DNA of 64,000 nucleotides from an uncultured Acidobacteriaceae bacterium (lineage in GTDB: Bacteria > Acidobacteriota > Terriglobia > Terriglobales > Acidobacteriaceae). Positions 56,933 to 64,000 of the stretch are shown in pieces; position 1 is the stretch's first letter; each line of letters starts with the position of its first letter. The DNA lies in contig CAWIRB010000007.1 in assembly GCA_963838415.1 (NCBI GenBank), forward strand, positions 16,621 to 80,620, read 5' to 3'. A model generated the notes under the pieces. The model saw only the letters and a program-made list of their open reading frames with translations. It ran no database searches and had not been told where the DNA came from. The translations under genes and the position numbers were made by a program.

Positions 56933-57781
56933 GTGTCTCAAAACTACAGATTCACCGGCAAAGAGCACGACGCGGAGAGCGGACTGGAGAATTTCGAAGC
57001 CCGCTATGATGCCTCGAGCATCGGCAGGTTCATGACGCCGGACGATGGGTCGCATCAAACGGTGGGCGATCCGCAGAGCTGGAATCTCTACGCCTACGTG
57101 CGCAACCAACCGCTCCGCTATGTAGACCCCACCGGACACGGGCCTCAAGGGGCCACAGCGGCGGCATCAAGTTGCGCCCAGGATCAGGGCGGAGGAGGAC
57201 ATACTACATGTAATGTCGACACCTCGGGCACAACAACGGCGCAAAATACGTTCCCGTTCCATGTGCCGTACGGGCAGCAAGGATTGTATGGGGCACCTTG
57301 TCCAGTTGACGCGTGCGTGACGGCCACGGCCCCTAAGTCGATCTGGGGGAAAATCGGCAGTTGGTTCGGTGGTGTGGCATTCGGAATCGTGCGATGGGGC
57401 AAGCTCGGTGGCCCTTTGCACAGGGCGGGTGTTGAAAGAGTTTCCAGATCCTTGGAGGAGAGCGGCTTCAAGGTCCAAAGGGAGGTAAGAGTTCCGACCC
57501 CCAATGGCGCCAAGTCCTCGCGCTGGGTAGATGTCGTTGGAACGAAGAACGGCGAGACGAGAATGTATCAGATCGGAAGGCAAAATATGGATGGAACTCC
57601 GGTCGCTCGCGAAGTTCAAGCTCTCGATGACATTGAAGGGGCTACAGGCATCCGGCCTAATTTTCTTCCGTACAATATCGGAGAGCCGAATTTTGGTGTG
57701 CCTGGAGCTACCGACATCGCGCCGGGTGTCACGCCGGGAGAAGGTGAAGTCCCGGTCGAGCCAGAAATCATTCCCGAGTAG
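56933..57781 (+). CDS. orphan Rhs/YD-repeat C-terminal tip with variable toxin domain (N-terminally truncated)
   Basis: YRFTGKEHDAESGL..F.ARYD...GRFMTPD...NLYAYVRNQPLRYVDPTG core-end motif. Homology extends upstream in frame (DYYPYGGVE*) across a TAG at 56914-56916. Confidence 0.75.
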   Translation: MSQNYRFTGKEHDAESGLENFEARYDASSIGRFMTPDDGSHQTVGDPQSWNLYAYVRNQPLRYVDPTGHGPQGATAAASSCAQDQGGGGHTTCNVDTSGTTTAQNTFPFHVPYGQQGLYGAPCPVDACVTATAPKSIWGKIGSWFGGVAFGIVRWGKLGGPLHRAGVERVSRSLEESGFKVQREVRVPTPNGAKSSRWVDVVGTKNGETRMYQIGRQNMDGTPVAREVQALDDIEGATGIRPNFLPYNIGEPNFGVPGATDIAPGVTPGEGEVPVEPEIIPE

Positions 57782-57788
57782 GAACCCT

Positions 57789-58352
57789 ATGAGCAAGCAA
57801 TTCTATGTGTATTTGCTGCCTGCGGATGTGGAGGCTCTGGTTTACACACTGAAGTCGCGGCTGGACGTTTCGCTCATTCAACCGTCATCGTCAGGACCGT
57901 TTCCGGTAAAGCTGGAATCACCAGTTTGCAACGATGCGCTGATGCTGAAGGAGGCGGCAGTCCGAGTTGATTGCTTTATCACTCGCAAAGACGCAGACAT
58001 CAAGATGCGGTTTGTTCCAGCCCTTTCTCGCTGGAGTGTTCAAGGCGAGTCTGAGGTGATCGAGTTCCAAGGCTGTGAGTTCGACGGCAGTGTGCTTCTG
58101 CGTGGACGTTTCTATTTTCAAAATGACTTCCTCATGGAAGACATGATCGCTCCTAAACGGACGGAGTTCCTCGCCTGGGCAGACAAGGTGTTTCGGCTGG
58201 CCAAGAAGTCACTGTGCAGATCAGAAACTCTCGATGCGTATGTGGGTGAACATGCCGAGAAGTGGAAACAAGAGGGCGGACGGTTTGCTTGGATGGTCAC
58301 TCCAGAGCGCGGCCCGATTTTCGAGGGTGAAGCCGGATCTCTTGCCAGATAG
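57789..58352 (+). CDS. putative cognate immunity protein
   Basis: Starts 8 nt after the toxin stop, is 187 aa, and has lower GC than its surroundings. No recognised family. Confidence 0.5.
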   Translation: MSKQFYVYLLPADVEALVYTLKSRLDVSLIQPSSSGPFPVKLESPVCNDALMLKEAAVRVDCFITRKDADIKMRFVPALSRWSVQGESEVIEFQGCEFDGSVLLRGRFYFQNDFLMEDMIAPKRTEFLAWADKVFRLAKKSLCRSETLDAYVGEHAEKWKQEGGRFAWMVTPERGPIFEGEAGSLAR

Positions 58353-58474
58353 AAAACAACGGGTGATCTGACCAGCAAGCGGAATACCTACCGTTGGCGT
58401 TCTAAGGCGGCCAGGGCTTGCGATCCGGCGCGCGTGGAGAGGCGGGTGGGCCCCATCTCCTTCACTCATGTAGC

Positions 58475-58838
58475 ACGGTGCCCCAGGTTCGCGCCCGTCC
58501 TTTGGGCGCTAACCTGGGCGCTGTCGGGCACACTACCTTTCGCACCTTTCGAAGGGCGCCGGATAAGTCCCGCGGTTTTCGAGACCACCGCAAACCGCCC
58601 TTGACTCGCCTGCTAGAGTAGATTCATAGCAAACAAGCACTTGCCCCAGCACTCGCACGGTGCCCCAGGTTCGCGCCCGTCCTTTGGGCGCTAACCTGGG
58701 CGCTGTCGGGCACACTACCTTTCGCACCTTTCGAAGGGCGCCGGATAAGTCCCGCGGTTTTCGAGACCACCGCAAACCGCCCTTGACTCGCCTGCTAGAG
58801 TAGATTCATAGCAAACAAGCACTTGCCCCAGCACTCGC
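58475..58838 (+). repeat. perfect 2 x 182-bp tandem duplication, each unit beginning with a REP hairpin
   Basis: Units 58475-58656 and 58657-58838 read identically. Confidence 0.95.
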
Positions 58839-59357
58839 TGCTCCTTGACAACAAGACCGAGCTGTAGTCGGCCGTTGTTTCAGTGGCCCACCTCTGCAAC
58901 CCGTTTATCGGGCGTCGTGCGAATAACTCTATTTCTTTCAATACTTTGATAGCGAACAGGCTACGCAAGCAAAAAGACCCAGCTAAGTGATTGATTTCCC
59001 GTGGCGGGCACCGGTCAATACGCACCAAGTTTACCCGGAGCCAGCGTTAACTCTCTATTCCTCAATACTTTGTATATAAGTCGTGATTATTCAATACTTT
59101 GGAGGGAGTTTCTCTCTAACTTCATGATTCCAATATACCCGTAGACGGGGGAGGGGGTACCCCCTGCGAAACACCTCGCCTCGACGTTCGAAACATCGAC
59201 AAACTTCCGAAGCGACCCAGAAACTCCGTCCCCGTTGTCCGTGAGAAGTCCGAGAGAAAAAAGACACAAAAACACTGAAGTTACCGCGATAATCAGAGCA
59301 TCCTTCTGGCACACTATACTGGTACGACTCCCCCCAGAAAATAGCGCAGTCAAAATA

Positions 59358-61517
59358 ATGTCCGAAGTCGTCGCCATTCCCGATGTCGCCACGCAATGGC
59401 CTGAGCCCCCGCGTCTGCTGGTGGAATGGTCGTCGCCCTGGGAAGAATTCAAATCCGCCCTGCGCCCCGCGCTCCGCCGTCCGCCGAAAGCCCTTGCCGG
59501 AGAAGCGCCCATCGGCATCTTCCCTTACCGCGGCATGCTCCTCTGCTGGCTGCTCGAGTGCCTGCTGCTGATTGCGATCATCGTAATCCCCGAGCATTTT
59601 ATAAGTCTTGAGATCCCGCTTGGTCCCAATCATCCCCAAGAGGACGTCATCTACTACTCCGGCGACGAACTGCCGCAGACCCAGGACCGCGGCGGCGCCG
59701 AGTCGGGCAAGTCCGGACGCGCCGGAGGCCAGCAAGCTCACCATCGCTCCCAGGTCATTCGCGTAGCCCGCGGCGATAGGCCCGCCGAAAAGGTTGTGGA
59801 CGCGCCCAAGGTGAATCTGCCTCATTCCGATTCCGCCGTCGCCAACCTGCTCGCCTTCAAAGCGAATCCTGGACCGCCGCCTGCCGAAGGCTTACGCTCT
59901 GCTCTCATCGCGCCATTACTCCCCGCGATGAGCGCGGTGCCCCCAGCGCCGGATGTGGATTCGTCCTCCAGCCGTGCCTCAAGCAGCCTCTCCACCAACA
60001 TCGTCCCTCCCGCTCCCGATGTTTCGAACGCCAACACGCGCAATTCGCCCAACCTGAACGCCGCGGTTGTCCCGCCCGCTCCCAATCTCGCGCAAGACAA
60101 GATGCGAACCGCCAATCCCATCGCACCCACCATCATCGCTCCCGCTCCTCGCGATGCGCAGCGCGACCTCGCCAGTTCCCGCGTCCCCTTGAGTCAAACC
60201 GTCGACGTGGTTGCCCCGCCCGTTTCCGCTCCGCCGCGCGACATGTCGTCCACGCCCAAGCTGAGGTTGCCTGCTCCCGCCGTAGTAGCGCCTCCACCCT
60301 CGCAGGTCAGCCGCGATCTCAATAGCTGGGGAGGCTCCGCCACTGGCGATTTGCGCACCAGGCCCGTGCCTCCTCCGCCCAGCGCCTCCGCCGGAGGATC
60401 GCTCTCTCGATCTGGCGGCACTGGCCTCGCCCAGCAAGTCGTACCCCCTCCCGCCAGCATCGACGGCCACGGTTCTCAGACCGGAAACAGTGCTTCAGGA
60501 AATAGCGCTCACCCCGGTCAATCCGCAGCTTCGCTCCTCGGTTCCGCCGATGTGGTGCCGCCTCCACCCGGTCTCGGTGGCGGCAAAGCCCTCTCTGGCA
60601 ACGGACGCGGCAACAAGGGAACTGGTTCTGGCAGCCCACTCGATCTCGGTACATCGGTAGCTCCCCCGAGTAACGCCGGAGGCAACGCTGCTGGCTCCGG
60701 TGTCGTCCTGTCCAGCCAGCCCGGAACCCAGGCCGGACTGCCCAACTCCACCGGCGGTGGCGCCCTCGCCATGTCGCCCAACGGCACCGGCAAGAGTGGC
60801 CTCGGCGGCAGCGGCGGCGGATCCGGCATCGGCAATGGCAATGGCCCCGGTAGCGGATTGCAAGGAGAAGGTAGTGGCGCAGGCCGGGCAGGCTCAGGCC
60901 GCGGCTCCGATCCCAACGCGCGCGGCGGAATTTCGCAGTATCCCGGCTCGGGCGGTGCCGGCAACGGCACCAGCGGCACGCCCGCCCTCCCCGGCGTCTC
61001 CGTCGAAGGCGGCACCACCACCGTCACCCTGCCCAGTTTCGGCGCCCCCGGCGGCGACGCCCCTTCGTCGGGCCCCGGCCACTCCTCCACCAACGCTCAC
61101 AAAGGATCCGGAATTACCATCGAAGCCACTCCGCGCTCGGGTGGCGTCTTCGCCTACTACGACGTTCTGAAAGGCGACCGCAATTATTCGATTTACATTG
61201 AAACCACTCTGGGCACGGCCGTGATGCAGTACGCCGACCCTTCATCGGCATCCCATCCCTCCCGCGAAATTCTCAACGCGCCCGAACCCATGCGCAAAGA
61301 TCTACCCGGCAACCTTCGCCCGACGCGCGTGGTCATTGCCTGTGTCCTCGATCGTTCCGGTGACCTCAAGGATCTGAAAGTCCTCGAACCCGGCGCCGCC
61401 GAAACCACTTCCAGGATCCTGGTCGCTCTACACAGTTGGAAATTCCGTCCCGCATTCCGGGGAACGGAACCGGTCGAAGTGAACGCTATCTTGGGTTTTG
61501 GTGTGGATACACGGTAG
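59358..61517 (+). CDS. TonB-family protein with a very long Pro/Gly/Ser-rich linker
   Basis: Single N-terminal TM (LLCWLLECLLLIAIIVI), ~500 aa of low complexity, and a C-terminal TonB-like fold (..VLD..G.....V.......T....V.AL..WKFRPA...G.PV..). Confidence 0.6.
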   Translation: MSEVVAIPDVATQWPEPPRLLVEWSSPWEEFKSALRPALRRPPKALAGEAPIGIFPYRGMLLCWLLECLLLIAIIVIPEHFISLEIPLGPNHPQEDVIYYSGDELPQTQDRGGAESGKSGRAGGQQAHHRSQVIRVARGDRPAEKVVDAPKVNLPHSDSAVANLLAFKANPGPPPAEGLRSALIAPLLPAMSAVPPAPDVDSSSSRASSSLSTNIVPPAPDVSNANTRNSPNLNAAVVPPAPNLAQDKMRTANPIAPTIIAPAPRDAQRDLASSRVPLSQTVDVVAPPVSAPPRDMSSTPKLRLPAPAVVAPPPSQVSRDLNSWGGSATGDLRTRPVPPPPSASAGGSLSRSGGTGLAQQVVPPPASIDGHGSQTGNSASGNSAHPGQSAASLLGSADVVPPPPGLGGGKALSGNGRGNKGTGSGSPLDLGTSVAPPSNAGGNAAGSGVVLSSQPGTQAGLPNSTGGGALAMSPNGTGKSGLGGSGGGSGIGNGNGPGSGLQGEGSGAGRAGSGRGSDPNARGGISQYPGSGGAGNGTSGTPALPGVSVEGGTTTVTLPSFGAPGGDAPSSGPGHSSTNAHKGSGITIEATPRSGGVFAYYDVLKGDRNYSIYIETTLGTAVMQYADPSSASHPSREILNAPEPMRKDLPGNLRPTRVVIACVLDRSGDLKDLKVLEPGAAETTSRILVALHSWKFRPAFRGTEPVEVNAILGFGVDTR

Positions 61518-61583
61518 AGAAAAATCCCTGACCACAGGGCTCGCCGTGAACCCGACTTGGCTCTCTGAATCGCCGCGTTCTTT

Positions 61584-63206
61584 CTAGCCGCGCTTCAAAC
61601 GCAGATCCGAGCCCGTCATCTCTTTCGGCTCCGTGATGCCGAGAATTCCGAGCATCGTCGGCGAAATGTCCCGCAGCGAGCCATTGGGCTTCAGCGTGTA
61701 CTGCTTCGCGTCCTCCGCCATCACAATAAACGGCACCGGATTCGTAGTATGCGCCGTATGCGGGCCTCCGCTCACCGGATCGATCATCATCTCCGCATTG
61801 CCGTGGTCGGCTGTAATCAGCATCGCTCCACCCTTGGCGCGCACCGCTTTCTCAATCTCGCCGAGGCAGGCGTCGACGGTCTCCACCGCCTTGATGGTTG
61901 GTTCGATTTTGCCCGAATGACCCACCATGTCGGCATTCGCAAAGTTGGCGATGATCACGTCAAACGTGCCTTCGTTCGTGGCCTTGACAACCGCCGCCGC
62001 TACGCCCGCCGCGCTCATTTCCGGCTTCAGGTCGTAAGTTGCCACCTTCGGCGATTGGATCATCACCCGTTCCTCGCCCGGAAAGGGCTGCTCCACCCCA
62101 CCATTAAAAAAGTAAGTCACATGCGCATATTTCTCCGTCTCCGCGACCCGCAGGTTGCGCATGTTCAGCCCGCCCATGACATTGGCCAGAATGTTCGCCA
62201 TCGATTCCGGTGGAATCACTACCGGCAGGTCAAAGTTTTTGTCATACTGCGTCATACAAACGTACCTGAGGTTCTTAGGCACACGATCGCGAGCGATCGT
62301 CGCATCCAGTTCAGCCGCACCCGGCAGGTCGCTGCCGCCCTTCTCGTTCAGACGGCTGTTGCGGCACAATGCCCGCGTGATCTCGCGCACACGATCGGCG
62401 CGAAAATTAAAGCAAATGCAGGAATCGTCGTCCCCGATTTTAGCCAGGCCAGTCTTACCTGACGATTCCCCGCGCCCATCCGTGCAAACAAACGGCAGAA
62501 CAAACTCGTCCGTCACCCCTTTGTTGTAAGACTCCTTCATCCCCTGCACCGCGTCGACTTGCGTTCCACCTTCCGCTTTCCCCTCGACCATTGCGCTGTA
62601 AGCCTTCGCCACCCGCTCCCAGCGCCGGTCGCGGTCCATGGCGTAATAGCGCCCATTCACGGTCGCGATCTTGCCGGAGTTATATTCCCGCATCTTCTGC
62701 TGCAGCTGTTCGAGATAACCCGCCCCATTCGTCGGCAGTGTGTCCCGCCCGTCCATGAAGGCGTGCACAAATACGCGATCGACACCCTGCTGCTTCGCCA
62801 TCTTCAAAAGCGCATACAAATGCTCCTGCCTCGAATGCACGCCACCATCCGACAACAGGCCAAACAGATGCAACTTGCGTCCACTCACGCATGCGTTCTT
62901 CATTGCCTCCAGCAGCGCCGGATGCGAAAAGAATTCGCCGTTCTGAATCATCAAGTCGATGCGCGTAATGTCCATGTGCACAATGCGCCCGGCGCCGATA
63001 TTCAAGTGCCCGACTTCGCTGTTGCCCATCTGCCCTTCCGGCAGTCCCACAAACGGCCCGCTGGTGTGAATCAAAGTATTCGGATACTCGCGCATCAGAC
63101 TGTCGTAGTTCGGCTTCCGCGCCAGCGCGATCGCATTGGCTTTCGTTTCCGCTCGATATCCCCAGCCGTCAAGAATGATCAGAACGAGAGGTTTAGGACG
63201 AGACAT
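61584..63206 (-). CDS. gpmI: 2,3-bisphosphoglycerate-independent phosphoglycerate mutase
   Basis: LIILDGWG, ..SDGGVHS.., ..TADHGNAE.. motifs. Start trimmed to MSRPKP. Confidence 0.9.
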   Translation of the reverse strand: MSRPKPLVLIILDGWGYRAETKANAIALARKPNYDSLMREYPNTLIHTSGPFVGLPEGQMGNSEVGHLNIGAGRIVHMDITRIDLMIQNGEFFSHPALLEAMKNACVSGRKLHLFGLLSDGGVHSRQEHLYALLKMAKQQGVDRVFVHAFMDGRDTLPTNGAGYLEQLQQKMREYNSGKIATVNGRYYAMDRDRRWERVAKAYSAMVEGKAEGGTQVDAVQGMKESYNKGVTDEFVLPFVCTDGRGESSGKTGLAKIGDDDSCICFNFRADRVREITRALCRNSRLNEKGGSDLPGAAELDATIARDRVPKNLRYVCMTQYDKNFDLPVVIPPESMANILANVMGGLNMRNLRVAETEKYAHVTYFFNGGVEQPFPGEERVMIQSPKVATYDLKPEMSAAGVAAAVVKATNEGTFDVIIANFANADMVGHSGKIEPTIKAVETVDACLGEIEKAVRAKGGAMLITADHGNAEMMIDPVSGGPHTAHTTNPVPFIVMAEDAKQYTLKPNGSLRDISPTMLGILGITEPKEMTGSDLRLKRG

Positions 63207-63407
63207 AAATTCGCTATTAACTCCTGGCTTTTGGCGTTTGGCTTTTCGCTTCCGGGATATTTCACCACGGAGGCATCGGGACACGGAGAAAAAAGGGCAA
63301 CCAGTGAATCTACATAATCGTATACCGCTTTTCACATCAGGCGAAGCTAAACTCGACGTTCATTTCCATCGGCTTTATACTATCTCCTTCTATCTCTGAG
63401 GATAACA

Positions 63408-63911
63408 ATGCCCTTCAACGAACTTCTCTTGACCGAATTCGATGAGGAAATCAAAAAGACCCGCACCATGCTGCAACGCGTTCCGGAAGACAAGAAAGAC
63501 TTCGCGCCGCATCCCAAATCCATGCCGCTGAACAAGCTCGCCCCGCACCTGGCGCAACTGGCTGGCTTTGGTCTCTCGATCCTTACGACTCCCGAGCTCG
63601 ATTTCTCGAAAAGCAGTTACAAGCCTCTACCCTTCGAGTCTGCCGCGCAGTTGGTCGGCGCACTTGATGAAGGCGCTGCCAAGGTGCGTGCTGCCCTCAA
63701 GAACACCCCCGACGAAGCCTGGACCCAAAACTGGAAGCTCAGCTTCCAGGGCAAGCCCATCTTCGAAGGGTCGCGTTTCCTCGCCTACCGCGAAATGTTC
63801 CTGAACCACCTGGTCCATCACCGCGCGCAACTGGGCGTGTATCTGCGATTGAACGAAAGGCCGGTGCCCGCGACCTACGGTCCTTCGGCGGACGACACGA
63901 TGGGGTTTTAG
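63408..63911 (+). CDS. DinB-family protein
   Basis: ..HL.....H.VHHRAQLGVYLRL.. four-helix His triad pattern. Confidence 0.75.
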   Translation: MPFNELLLTEFDEEIKKTRTMLQRVPEDKKDFAPHPKSMPLNKLAPHLAQLAGFGLSILTTPELDFSKSSYKPLPFESAAQLVGALDEGAAKVRAALKNTPDEAWTQNWKLSFQGKPIFEGSRFLAYREMFLNHLVHHRAQLGVYLRLNERPVPATYGPSADDTMGF

Positions 63912-63926
63912 CGCTCGGCTCTCAAA

Positions 63927-64000
63927 CTACCAGATCACATCCACCGGATACCGTTCGAACCACGGATCAGCCGTGACGATCGGCCATCCTTCTTCGATAC
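63927..64000 (-). CDS. 3' end of a PIN-domain (VapC-like) gene, partial at window edge
   Basis: The reverse strand reads ..IEEGWPIVTADPWFERYPVDVIW*. Only 24 codons are visible. Confidence 0.3.
   Translation of the reverse strand, partial: IEEGWPIVTADPWFERYPVDVIW

Noticed and set aside
59091-59825. 244-aa minus-strand ORF upstream of and overlapping the TonB-like gene
   Set aside because: No motifs are present. It overlaps the N-terminal TM region of the better-supported plus-strand gene and extends into the AT-rich spacer.

Overview
High-GC (~60%) chromosomal segment. It is probably from an Acidobacteriota (Terriglobia-like) genome. That placement is an inference from a 1196-aa CarboxypepD_reg-type TonB-dependent receptor, a HAF-repeat protein, futalosine-pathway genes and a RAYT-type gene, not from any search. 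I can support about 60 genes. Most are housekeeping: rimO, yacG, pgpA, tadA, tRNA-Ser(CGA), msrA, pcm, thrC, nth, gpmI and nuoI. Four regions stand out. (1) 2.4-8.0 kb holds an Ftr1-type iron-uptake operon. The Ftr1 permease is fused to a DUF2318-like Cys module. It is followed by two FtsX permeases and an ABC ATPase fused to a complete DtxR/MntR-like metal-sensor module. A Fur-like 7-1-7 operator lies upstream, and a 21-copy 19-bp tandem array sits inside the operon. (2) 25.3-28.2 kb holds a REC / hybrid-kinase / REC / PilZ cluster. (3) 48.0-55.9 kb holds a Flp/Tad pilus locus (flp, cpaB, cpaC, cpaE, cpaF, tadB, tadC, DUF192), preceded by three polytopic GT-C-like membrane proteins and an FHA-GAF-PP2C phosphatase. 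(4) 55.9-58.9 kb holds a REP/RAYT island. The RAYT gene carries two in-frame copies of its own REP hairpin. An orphan Rhs C-terminal toxin tip plus putative immunity gene is bracketed by identical 66-bp REP-containing direct repeats. A perfect 182-bp tandem duplication follows. Short tandem repeats, many with 7-nt periodicity, occupy several intergenic junctions. Two toxin-antitoxin loci are present, one intact and one decayed. A radical-SAM menaquinone gene appears frameshifted. All functional calls rest on motif recognition by eye. No database search was possible.
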